Assembly: GCF_054482595.1 (NCBI RefSeq)
Contig: NZ_CM137008.1
Length of the DNA: 64,000 bases
Direction: 5' to 3' (one strand)
Shown in pieces: positions 26,110 to 34,868 of this stretch. Below the pieces are notes generated by a model. It was given only the letters and a program-made list of their open reading frames with translations. It was not told the origin of the DNA and did not search any database. Position 1 is the stretch's first letter, and every line of letters begins with the position of its first letter. The translations under genes were made by a program, and so were the position numbers.

Positions 26110-26741
26110 AACGACGTGACACCATCGTGCGCTACACCGCGCCGGAACGTATCAACCACTGGATCACCGCCTTCTGCTTCATCCTGGCGGCGGTGAGCGG
26201 GCTGGGCTTTTTGTTCCCGTCCTTCAACTGGTTGATGCAAATCATGGGCACACCGCAGCTGGCGCGAATTCTGCACCCGTTTGTCGGCGTGGTTATGTTT
26301 GCCTCGTTCATCATCATGTTTTTCCGTTACTGGCATCACAACCTAATCAATCGGGATGATATCTTTTGGGCGAAGAATATTCGTAAGATCGTCGTCAACG
26401 AGGAAGTAGGTGACACCGGGCGTTATAACTTCGGTCAGAAATGCGTTTTCTGGGCGGCGATTATTTTCCTGGTTCTGCTGCTGGTGAGCGGCGTGATTAT
26501 CTGGCGTCCTTATTTTGCGCCTGCTTTCTCAATCCCGGTGATCCGATTCGCGTTAATGCTGCATTCATTTGCCGCAGTGGCGTTAATTGTGGTTATCATG
26601 GTGCATATCTACGCCGCCCTTTGGGTGAAAGGCACGATTACCGCCATGGTGGAAGGATGGGTTACCAGCGCCTGGGCGAAGAAACATCACCCGCGCTGGT
26701 ACCGTGAGGTCCGCAAGACAACGGAAAAGAAAGCTGAATGA
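26106..26741 (+). CDS. fdoI: Formate dehydrogenase-O cytochrome b556 subunit
   Basis: 211 aa; four TM helices with heme-ligand His; 4-bp overlaps on both sides. Confidence 0.95.
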
Positions 26742-27667
26742 GTATTCGCATAATCCCGCAAGATGAGCTGGGTTCGAGCGAGAAACGTACGGCGGATATG
26801 ATTCCGCCGTTATTGTTCCCTCGGCTCAAGAATTTATACAACCGCCGCGCCGAGCGTCTGCGCGAGCTGGCAGAAAATAATCCGCTGGGTGATTACCTGC
26901 GCTTTGCTGCGCTTATCGCCCACGCCCAGGAAGTGGTGCTGTACGACCATCCGCTGGAGATGGATCTGACCGCGCGCATTAAAGAAGCCAGCGCACAGGG
27001 CAAGCCCCCGCTGGATATTCACGTTCTGCCGCGTGATAAGCACTGGCAAAAGCTGCTGATGGCGCTGATTGCTGAGCTGAAACCTGAAATGAGCGGCCCG
27101 GCGCTGGCAGTGATTGAGAATCTGGAGAAGGCATCAACTCAGGAGCTGGAAGATATGGCCAGCGCACTGTTTGCCTCTGATTTCTCATCCGTCAGCAGCG
27201 ATAAAGCGCCGTTTATCTGGGCTGCACTGTCGCTCTACTGGGCGCAGATGGCCAATCTGATCCCCGGCAAAGCCCGCGCTGAATACGGCGAGCAACGTCA
27301 ATATTGCCCGGTTTGTGGTTCTATGCCGGTGTCCAGCATGGTGCAAATTGGCACCACTCAGGGTCTGCGTTACCTGCACTGCAACCTGTGTGAAACCGAA
27401 TGGCACGTAGTGCGCGTAAAATGCAGCAACTGCGAGCAGAGCGGCAAACTGCATTACTGGTCGCTGGATGACGAACAGGCCGCGATTAAAGCCGAAAGCT
27501 GCGATGACTGTGGCACTTACCTGAAGATTCTTTATCAGGAAAAAGAACCGAAAGTTGAAGCCGTGGCAGATGACCTCGCTTCTCTGGTACTGGACGCGCG
27601 AATGGAGCAAGAAGGCTATGCCCGCAGTTCCATCAACCCGTTCCTGTTTCCGGGTGAAGGGGAGTAA
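26738..27667 (+). CDS. fdhE: Formate dehydrogenase accessory protein
   Basis: 309 aa; paired CxxC motifs ([27 protein letters not shown]). Confidence 0.93.
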   Translation: MSIRIIPQDELGSSEKRTADMIPPLLFPRLKNLYNRRAERLRELAENNPLGDYLRFAALIAHAQEVVLYDHPLEMDLTARIKEASAQGKPPLDIHVLPRDKHWQKLLMALIAELKPEMSGPALAVIENLEKASTQELEDMASALFASDFSSVSSDKAPFIWAALSLYWAQMANLIPGKARAEYGEQRQYCPVCGSMPVSSMVQIGTTQGLRYLHCNLCETEWHVVRVKCSNCEQSGKLHYWSLDDEQAAIKAESCDDCGTYLKILYQEKEPKVEAVADDLASLVLDARMEQEGYARSSINPFLFPGEGE

Positions 27668-27848
27668 TCTCTGACGTTTTCCGGGTGGCGCTGGTCGCCC
27701 GGATTACAGCTCATAGGGTGTGACGACACCATCTCTCGTATTCCGCGTTACCCATTCAAGATCATGCCGCAATTGTCTGTTTGCCTCGTTCTTCCCTCCA
27801 ACACATCGATAAGGTTATGGGTATGTCACTGATGACAAGCGTATGATT

Positions 27849-27947
27849 GCCTGATGCGCTGCGCTTATCAGCCCTACCAATAAACTTCAATATATTGAAT
27901 TTGCATGACTTTGTAGGCCGGATAAGGCGTTCACGCCGCATCCGGCA
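27849..27947. repeat. REP/BIME pair
   Basis: GCCTGATGCGCTGCGCTTATCAGCCCTAC and TGTAGGCCGGATAAGGCGTTCACGCCGCATCCGGCA after fdhE. Confidence 0.8.
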
Positions 27948-27996
27948 TGAACAACGCGCACGTTGTCAGCAATCTGATTGACATCATTTTTTCCCA

Positions 27997-28215
27997 TTAC
28001 CATTCCTCGCGCAGCTTACGCTGATATTCGACACCATCTTCCTCACACCCTTGCCAGATGCCAGGAACACTGGTTCTTGCTGTTTGCGATTGATTTATCA
28101 GGTATTGATCTACCGCTTCCCTTAATAGGTCCGCACGAGGAAGATTACGCTGCACCTCGAGATCATCAAGTTGCTTAATCACCTCATTCGATAAATCGAG
28201 TAAAATTCTGCCCAT
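27997..28215 (-). CDS. yiiF: Small ribbon-helix-helix (CopG/Arc-like) protein
   Basis: 72 aa from [39 protein letters not shown]...; RHH signature; paralogous to yiiE. Confidence 0.8.
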
Positions 28216-28332
28216 ATCTATACCTACCAGAGAGTTCATAAATATCTCGCCAATATCATTTTTGAATCTATGGAGAGAAAAGTACCCTTGTCGAATCTTT
28301 AAAGAAAGCTCATTTACGAATCATTTTTTATT

Positions 28333-28352
28333 TTTGCGAGGCGTTTTCCAGA
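28333..28352 (-). promoter_or_regulatory. Copy 1 of conserved 20-bp motif TTTGCGAGG(C/T)G(T/C)TTTCCAGA, about 120-135 bp upstream of yiiF
   Basis: tttgcgaggcgttttccaga; extended similarity to copy 2 continues through ...GTTGCAGTT. Confidence 0.5.
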
Positions 28353-28458
28353 TATGATGTAACAGTTGCAGTTATTATAAGTTCAAGTAAAACAACCTTG
28401 TATTAATACCAGAATAAGGGCATCTGGTTTTTTATATTCAAGAATAAAAAAATTTTTG

Positions 28459-28677
28459 TCATTCCTTATGATCCTTACACTGATCATAAACACCTACTGT
28501 CTCACCCCTTTGCCTGCCTCTCTTTGCTTTACGCACCGGAAATTGCTGCCGCTCCAGATATTGCTCAACCGCTTCGCGTAAAATTGCAGATCGTGAAACC
28601 TTACGCCAGCCCCGAAGCTTGTTCAGCCGTTTAATTGCCTCTTCTGATAAATGAAGAAAAACCGTATTCATCGCCAT
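28459..28677 (-). CDS. yiiE: Small ribbon-helix-helix (CopG-like) protein
   Basis: 72 aa from MAMNTVFLHLSEEAIKRLNKLRGWRKVSRSAILREAVEQYL...; GGTGG RBS; shares L.LS.E.IK.L...R..LREAV.QYL with yiiF. Confidence 0.8.
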   Translation of the reverse strand: MAMNTVFLHLSEEAIKRLNKLRGWRKVSRSAILREAVEQYLERQQFPVRKAKRGRQRGETVGVYDQCKDHKE

Positions 28678-28772
28678 TACCACCACCTTACATATATTAC
28701 TCATTAATGTATGTGCGAAAATTACGCCGGAAAATCATTTAAAAAAAGCGGATTTTTGCATGTTGTTTTGTT

Positions 28773-28792
28773 TTTGCGAGGTGTTTTCCAGA
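28773..28792 (-). promoter_or_regulatory. Copy 2 of conserved 20-bp motif, about 100-115 bp upstream of yiiE
   Basis: tttgcgaggtgttttccaga followed by ...GTGTTGCAGTTG as in copy 1. Confidence 0.5.
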
Positions 28793-29084
28793 AATAATAA
28801 GAGTGTTGCAGTTGTTTCATTTATTACTCAAAAATGGTTTAGTTATCGCCCAGGATGAGTTATGGATGCTATGAATATATTATATTCAGAGATATTTATT
28901 TGCATAATCTGAATGGTGTAGCCGAAAAACGTCAGCATCCTAACAGCACCAGGATTTAAGGTGAAATTAATCATCCATCACAGACCGGTCAGTACTGCCA
29001 CCAACCGGTCTTTACTTGTTCATCGTTATAATTTTGTTGGTAACAGTTCGGGAAACAAGGAATTCCTTCCGGAACCCCCCGGTA

Positions 29085-29177
29085 TCATCCGATAGCATTG
29101 ACGTCAATCATCAGCGCGACGATGAGTTTTTTTAATCGCATCATAGGGTGGCGACGTTCAGCACGATTACGGGTCAT
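29085..29177 (-). CDS. Candidate 30-codon small ORF downstream of the antitoxin gene
   Basis: AGGAG 7 nt upstream of ATG; product MTRNRAERRHPMMRLKKLIVALMIDVNAIG (basic N-terminus, hydrophobic C-terminus); below the size cutoff of the ORF track; no homolog recognised. Confidence 0.3.
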   Translation of the reverse strand: MTRNRAERRHPMMRLKKLIVALMIDVNAIG

Positions 29178-29262
29178 AGCAAAACTCCTGGGCAGGCGAC
29201 CACTATGCCGCTTTCACAGGAGTTCTGAATGCTAGTGCTTTCTGTATGGCATAACCATGCCT

Positions 29263-29553
29263 CTAACGGTTAAGTGCTTGCAGCACATGTTGCGGATCAT
29301 TGGCAATCGCTCGCAGCAAAGCCTTTGCAGGCCCGGTCGGTGAACGTCGCCCCTGCTCCCAGTTACGCAACGTGTCTACGCTTACAGAAATAAGATCGGC
29401 AAATTTAGATTGTGACAACCCTGAAGCGCGGCGTATTTCTTTGATTTTCATAGCATCAACTTCAAAAGTCCGCGAAGGCTGTCGCGTTCCTTCAATAATT
29501 TCATTCATCTGGGCCATGCTGTGAGTCAACCGCTCAAAAAGTGCCTTATCCAT
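29263..29553 (-). CDS. HTH-XRE family DNA-binding protein, putative HigA-like antitoxin
   Basis: 96 aa; C-terminal HTH (IKEIRRASGLSQSKFADLISVSVDTLRNWEQGRR); GAGGTGG RBS inside the upstream toxin gene; ATG directly abuts the toxin stop (TGG-TAA-ATG). Confidence 0.7.
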   Translation of the reverse strand: MDKALFERLTHSMAQMNEIIEGTRQPSRTFEVDAMKIKEIRRASGLSQSKFADLISVSVDTLRNWEQGRRSPTGPAKALLRAIANDPQHVLQALNR

Positions 29554-29865
29554 TTACCACCTCGTATTTAACAACCGGAGCATTGCTTTTTCCTGGGGAG
29601 ACAGATCATCTTTAATACCCTTACGATAAATAAGCAGTAATCTGATCTCATAATGTTTAACCTGATGAAAGTAAATAACCCTGACACCAGCACGTTTCCC
29701 CTTTCCTCCTGAAACCCATCGAACCTTTCTTAACCCACCAGTTTCAGGTATTACCTCACCATAGTCAGGATTCAAGGCCAGGAAAAACTGAAAACGACTG
29801 AATTCATCGTCGGTCAGCAGTTTTTGAACATCTTCAGTAAAAATTTCCGTTTCGATGAAGAGCAT
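29554..29865 (-). CDS. RelE/ParE-superfamily toxin, HigB-like (toxin encoded upstream of its antitoxin)
   Basis: 103 aa; pattern ...GGLRKVRW...GKGKRAGVRVIYF.....IRLLLIYRKGIKDDLSPQE... typical of HigB-type addiction-module killer proteins; gene order toxin then HTH antitoxin with zero spacing. Confidence 0.65.
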   Translation of the reverse strand: MLFIETEIFTEDVQKLLTDDEFSRFQFFLALNPDYGEVIPETGGLRKVRWVSGGKGKRAGVRVIYFHQVKHYEIRLLLIYRKGIKDDLSPQEKAMLRLLNTRW

Positions 29866-29902
29866 AATTATACGCCATTGGCTTAGAGTAACAATCCTTT
29901 TT

Positions 29903-29919
29903 GTACGTCATTGACGTAC
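29903..29919. promoter_or_regulatory. Perfect 17-bp palindrome GTACGTCA-t-TGACGTAC upstream of the toxin gene: candidate operator
   Basis: Located about 40-55 bp upstream of the toxin ATG, adjacent to TTGTTA-N16-TATAAT-like hexamers on the minus strand. Confidence 0.4.
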
Positions 29920-29986
29920 CCTTGAAACCACTAGCTTACTGATAGTGCTCCAGCAAAACCACGTCTCTGCCGGGTTTGTCTTTAGA

Positions 29987-30006
29987 TTTGCGAGGCGCTT
30001 TCCAGA
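29987..30006 (-). promoter_or_regulatory. Copy 3 of conserved 20-bp motif, about 120-140 bp upstream of the toxin-antitoxin operon
   Basis: tttgcgaggcgctttccaga; 18-19/20 identity to copies 1 and 2. Confidence 0.5.
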
Positions 30007-30093
30007 TTTTTCACGCCCGTGAATTTCCCTGTATCCATCCAGCAAAAACGGGTGTATAAGACTGTGCATTCATACAGCAAAATAAGTTCTACT

Positions 30094-31002
30094 ATGGCAC
30101 TGGAAAAAGGAATTGCAGAGTTAGTCGAAAAGTTTATCGCTGCGGGTCGCCCCTCATCGCGTCAACAAAGTATTGCGCAGCGCAGGGAGGGCTATATCGC
30201 CAGCGCTGTCCTTGCGGGTGAGACAGAAACGCGGGTAGATATTCAGACTATCGAACTTGAAGGGATGACCTTACGAATAGTGTCGCCGCTGAATGCCCCG
30301 ACATTACTCCCGACGATAATTTATTACTACGGTGGCTGTTTTGTTAGCGGCGGGTTCGCAACTCACGACAACCAGCTGCGCCAGTTAGCCTATTACGGGC
30401 AATGTCGGGTTATTGCCGTCCAGTATCGGCTGGCACCGGAACATACTTTCCCCGCCGCCCATGATGATGCGCAACGAGGTGCAGAAATAGTCTGGCAACA
30501 CGCCGAACGACTCGGCGTTGATAAACAACGTATAACTCTTGCCGGTGACAGTGCGGGCGGACATCTGGCGCTGGTAACTGCTTTGCGATTAAAGCGTGCT
30601 GGCGAGTGGCAACCGGCACAACTCATCTTAATTTATCCTATGCTTGATGCGACTGCGCATTTCGAAAGCTACATACGCAATGGTCACGATTACATCATCA
30701 CACGCGACACTTTACTGAGCGGCTTTGAGATGTATCTGCCAGGCATTGAACGCAGGCATCCTGAAGCCAGCCCTCTTTGGCGCGATGATTTCAATGGCTT
30801 GCCACCTGTACATATCATTACCGCTGAATACGACCCACTTTGCGATGAAGGTGAAGCGTTGTATCACCGCATGACAGGGCAAGGAGTGCAATGCACCTGC
30901 CAACGCTACCTTGGCGTTATCCACGGATTTTTTCAGTTAGGTGGTATCAGCGAGGCCGCGCGATCGGCACTACGGGATGTTGCCTGGAGAGCGGGAAGGT
31001 AA
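30094..31002 (+). CDS. Alpha/beta-hydrolase esterase/lipase, hormone-sensitive-lipase family
   Basis: Oxyanion-hole motif YYYGGCFVSGG, nucleophile elbow GDSAGG, downstream Asp/His (VIHGFF); start uncertain (ATG 30094 chosen; ORF opens at GTG 30019). Confidence 0.75.
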   Translation: MALEKGIAELVEKFIAAGRPSSRQQSIAQRREGYIASAVLAGETETRVDIQTIELEGMTLRIVSPLNAPTLLPTIIYYYGGCFVSGGFATHDNQLRQLAYYGQCRVIAVQYRLAPEHTFPAAHDDAQRGAEIVWQHAERLGVDKQRITLAGDSAGGHLALVTALRLKRAGEWQPAQLILIYPMLDATAHFESYIRNGHDYIITRDTLLSGFEMYLPGIERRHPEASPLWRDDFNGLPPVHIITAEYDPLCDEGEALYHRMTGQGVQCTCQRYLGVIHGFFQLGGISEAARSALRDVAWRAGR

Positions 31003-31019
31003 CTTCGGACCTGGGCCCT

Positions 31020-31048
31020 GAAAAGGTTTTCAGATTGAAAACCTTTTC
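31020..31048. terminator. Hairpin between convergent esterase and yiiD genes
   Basis: Perfect 13-bp stem GAAAAGGTTTTCA-gat-TGAAAACCTTTTC; symmetric, could terminate both converging transcripts. Confidence 0.6.
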
Positions 31049-31065
31049 AGTCAAGTAAAACGCCC

Positions 31066-32055
31066 CTACTCTTCTTCGTTCCCGCCCTCTTCATACGGGC
31101 CAAATGGCTTCGCGGGCAGAACGATATACGTGCCTTCAAACACTGCACCCGGCGTCTCGTCGCCAAAGATTTCAACTTGCATCTGCACCCGTGCTTTTCG
31201 TCCGCGCGCCAGACGGTCGAGATCGCCGCTTAAGGCACCAAGGTCGGCTACCGCATGAGGTTTACCGCTAATCGGCTTGCTGTAGCGGATATGCGCATCC
31301 GCCAGAATAATCGTTCCGCCGAGATGGCGTTCGCGCAGCATCAGCCAGATAAGCCCCCAACCGGTGAGCGTCGCCAGCGAGAATAAACTCCCGGCAAACA
31401 GCGTATGGTGCGGATTCTGATTGCCGGTTTCCGGCATGGTGGTGATAAATTTTTGCCCGGTATATTGTTGAATACGCACGCCCATTTTTTCACTAAGCGG
31501 GATATGTTCGTACCACGCCTGTTGCAGCTGCGCGCACCAGTCGCCGCGATGCAAAATATCATCCAGAGTGGCGACGGGCTTAATCATCAAAAAATGGCGA
31601 ATCGGCGTGGTGGTTGGCGTGGTGATTTCTCCCTGATTAACAAACCCCAGCTTGGCGAAAAACTCCACCGCGTCTTCACGGGCGCTACAGGTCACGCGCT
31701 TAACGCCTTCCTGACGCGCCACCGACTCCAGGGTCATCGCCATCAGCGTTCCTAACCCTTTGTCCTGCACGTCCGGGTGAACGGCCATAAAGCGAATGGA
31801 CGCTTCATTGTCGGCATTAATATACAGTCGGCCTACCGCCACCAGATTACCCTGCTCGTCGACGACCATCTGGTGATGCGCCATCGCATCCCACGCGTCG
31901 CGTTCCGAACCTTTTGGTTGATGCAGGGGCTTACGCAACATTTCCCAGCGAAACTGATAGTAACGCTCTAATTCTTCTTCTGTTTGTGGAACCCGAAGGT
32001 GATACATAGCGATACTCTCTCTTGTTTCCCGTGACAACCCTGGAAGCTGGCTCAT
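31066..32055 (-). CDS. yiiD: GNAT acetyltransferase fused to hotdog-fold thioesterase domain
   Basis: 329 aa, [44 protein letters not shown]...; I recall this gene having been renamed fabY, but that is from memory. Confidence 0.85.
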
Positions 32056-32489
32056 ACCTGCAACCAGAATGTCACGGGGCCATCATTGACCAGCGATACC
32101 TGCATATCGGCAGCGAAGCGTCCTGTTTGCGTGTTCATCTCTTGCTGGCGGCAGCGTTCGACGAAATAGTCATATAACGCCTCTGCGCGATCCGGTGATG
32201 CACCTTTGGAGAAACTTGGGCGCATCCCCCGTTCGGTATCTGCGGCGAGGGTAAACTGGGAAACCACCAGCACACTGCCGCCCGCCTGTTGCACGTTGAG
32301 GTTCATCTTGCCTTCGGCATCGCTAAAGATGCGGTAGCCGAGCACACGCTCGCACAGACGGTTTGCTTTCTGTTCGTCGTCATCCTTTTCGACACCCAAT
32401 AACACCAAAAGTCCCGCGCCAATTTCGCCCGTCACTTCTCCCTCCACGGTGACGCTGGCACGGGTTACGCGTTGAATTAATGCAATCAT
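32052..32489 (-). CDS. dtd: D-aminoacyl-tRNA deacylase
   Basis: 145 aa, [37 protein letters not shown]...; 4-bp overlaps with both neighbours. Confidence 0.95.
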
Positions 32490-33358
32490 GGTTCGTCGTC
32501 TTCTTCTTGTTCAGCTGCTTGTTTTAGTTTGCGGTATTCCCCGAGAGTGACAGTAATTTCCGCGCCAAGCAAGACGATACACCATGTCCAGTAGACCCAA
32601 ACAAAGAGAATGGGGATCACCGCCAACACGCCGTAAATGAGCTGATATGACGGAAACATGGTGATATAAAGCGCGAAACCTTTCTTTCCTGCTTCGAACA
32701 GGAGCGCGGCGACAAACGCGCCGACAATCGCGTCGCGGTTAGGTACGCGGATGGTAGGAACAATGCTGTACAGCAACCAGAAGGAGATCCACGACAACAG
32801 CAGCGGAAAAATACGCAGCACGTTATCGATGACAGTATTGAGATCGCTCGCCCAGCGCAGGGAGAGCAAATAGGAACTGATCGCCAGACTGGCCCCTGCC
32901 AGCAGCGGCCCCAGCGTTAAAATCATCCAGTACACGGCGAACGAGTAAATTTTTGGTCGCGCTCGTTTACTGCGCCAGATGGTATTCAACGCGCTATCGA
33001 TGGAGTACATCAGCAATAACGCGGTGACGATCAGCCCGCACGCCCCAACGGCGGTCATCTTGTTGGAATTGGCAACAAATTGTTCGATATACCGCTGAAT
33101 AACATCGCCAGTAGCAGGCAGAAAGTTGGCAAAAATAAAGTGACGTAACTGAATGCTGACGTCGGAAAACATGGGAAAAGCGGCGAAAAGCGCAAAAACA
33201 ACGGCAACCAGCGGCACTAATGAGAGCAACGACACATAGGCAAGGTTACCTGCCAGGGTTGTCATGTTGTCCTCATCAATGCGTTGCCAGAGTAGTTTTA
33301 GCCAGGCCCATAGTGGACGGGTACGGTGCCTGGCTTTGTCCTGAATGGTTTTTAGCAT
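32486..33358 (-). CDS. yihY: YihY/BrkB-family inner membrane protein
   Basis: 290 aa, six predicted TM helices. Confidence 0.88.
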
Positions 33359-33951
33359 AACACCTTCGCGAAATAGTCCGGGATGGTGGTTTTATCTTTC
33401 ACCAGAATACTGGTAATGCCCAGCTGATTGGCTCCTTCTATATTATCGGCGTTATCGTCGAAAAAGACCGTATCGCTGGGTGAAAAACCTTCCGCCTGCA
33501 AAACATGCTGGTAAATTCGTGCTTCAGGTTTGCGCATCCCCAGATCTTGCGACAGATAGATATGGTCAGCAGCATCACGAATTTCCGGGTATTCTTCCGG
33601 CCAGAAGGTGGTATGCAGGCGGTTGGTATTGGAAAGCACCACCACGCGATGCCCCTGCTCACGCAGTTTATGCATGATGGCGATCACTTCCGGGCGCAGC
33701 GCAACAAACACCGCCTGCCAGCCGTGAGAGAACTGCTCGTAGCTTAGCGGTAGAGCCATCTCATGACACAGCGCCTCTGCGAACGCTTCGTCGCTAATTT
33801 CCCCACGCTCATGCTGATGAAACGCCTCCCCCATATGAAAACTCTTCTTAAGCGATGCCAGCGGAATACGCGTTAAATCGCTCCAGGCTCCCAGCACACG
33901 GTTAAAGTCGATATCGACAATCACATTACCTAAATCAAAGATATAGAGCAT
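33352..33951 (-). CDS. yihX: HAD-family alpha-D-glucose-1-phosphate phosphatase
   Basis: 199 aa from [16 protein letters not shown]... (HAD motif I DxGxV); ORF opens 7 codons upstream. Confidence 0.88.
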
Positions 33952-34049
33952 TTTTGCCTCCTTTCGCGCCACAAGAAATTAACTGTAGCGGGAAAGGATG
34001 GGTTTGGCTATGTGGCAAGGTATGAAGCCAGGTTAACGGTCACAAAAAT

Positions 34050-34835
34050 CTACGCGTCTTCCTGGGGAAGAATGATTTCAATTTGGCTGTCTTGTAAGCG
34101 TGATTTTAGCGCAGCGGGCGGCAGCTCGTCGGTAAAGAGCGCAGTGACCTGTGCCACGTTACCAATTTCAACCGCCGCCGAAGCATGATACTTAGTGTGA
34201 TCGGCGACCAGCAGAATATTTCTCGCGTGCGCCATCATCGTTTTCACCACGTTAGCTTCGTTTACATCAAACTCCATCAACGCGCCATCGCTCTCAATCG
34301 CCCCAACGCTTGTTACCAGATAATCAGCACGAAAATCAGCCACAAAGGACGCCGCTGAAGGGCCAATGATCCCGCTATTATGAGAGCGCAACGTACCGCC
34401 GGGCACCATCACTTCAAAGCGCGGGTTGTGGTAAAGAATATGCGCCACACGCAGGCTGTTGGTGATTATCCGCAAATGATTATGGTTAAGTAACGCCCGG
34501 GCAACATGCTCAACAGTCGTACCAATGGTGATAAATATTGTTGAACCATCAGGAATATAGTCTGCCACCGCTTCGGCAATCGCTTTTTTTTCCTCGGTTT
34601 GCGAAACCTCACGCTGCTCGAACGCCGTATTAACGACGCTGGAAGCCCGACCCGCGCCACCGTGATGGCGCGTAATCAGGCCTTGCTCGCTTAATTTACG
34701 AATATCCCGGCGGACCGTCTGCGTGGAGACATCCAGCAGATTTGCCAGCTCATCAATATTCATATACCCACGCTCGGCGATCAGCATGAGGAGTTGGTCG
34801 TGCCGCGGGTTACCGGTTAGTTCGGTAAGGCTCAT
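34050..34835 (-). CDS. yihW: DeoR-family repressor of sulfoquinovose catabolism
   Basis: 261 aa from MSLTELTGNPRHDQLLMLIAERGYMNIDELANLLDVSTQTVRRDIRKL...; HTH plus sugar-phosphate-binding domain. Confidence 0.88.
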   Translation of the reverse strand: MSLTELTGNPRHDQLLMLIAERGYMNIDELANLLDVSTQTVRRDIRKLSEQGLITRHHGGAGRASSVVNTAFEQREVSQTEEKKAIAEAVADYIPDGSTIFITIGTTVEHVARALLNHNHLRIITNSLRVAHILYHNPRFEVMVPGGTLRSHNSGIIGPSAASFVADFRADYLVTSVGAIESDGALMEFDVNEANVVKTMMAHARNILLVADHTKYHASAAVEIGNVAQVTALFTDELPPAALKSRLQDSQIEIILPQEDA

Positions 34836-34868
34836 GAAAATTCCTCGAAAAACCATCACCCTGGCATT

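Noticed and set aside
29863-29872. Leaderless-mRNA interpretation for the toxin gene from the TATAAT directly 5' of its ATG
   Set aside because: A -10 hexamer ending 1 nt before the ATG would place the TSS inside the ORF; more likely the promoter is further upstream or the hexamer is coincidental in AT-rich DNA. Kept only as a hedged note.
27668-31065. Calling the islet a mobile element, prophage remnant or integron
   Set aside because: No integrase, transposase, IS inverted repeats, att-like direct repeats or tRNA anchor visible; only REP elements flank it. Left as an accessory-looking interval, not annotated as a mobile element.
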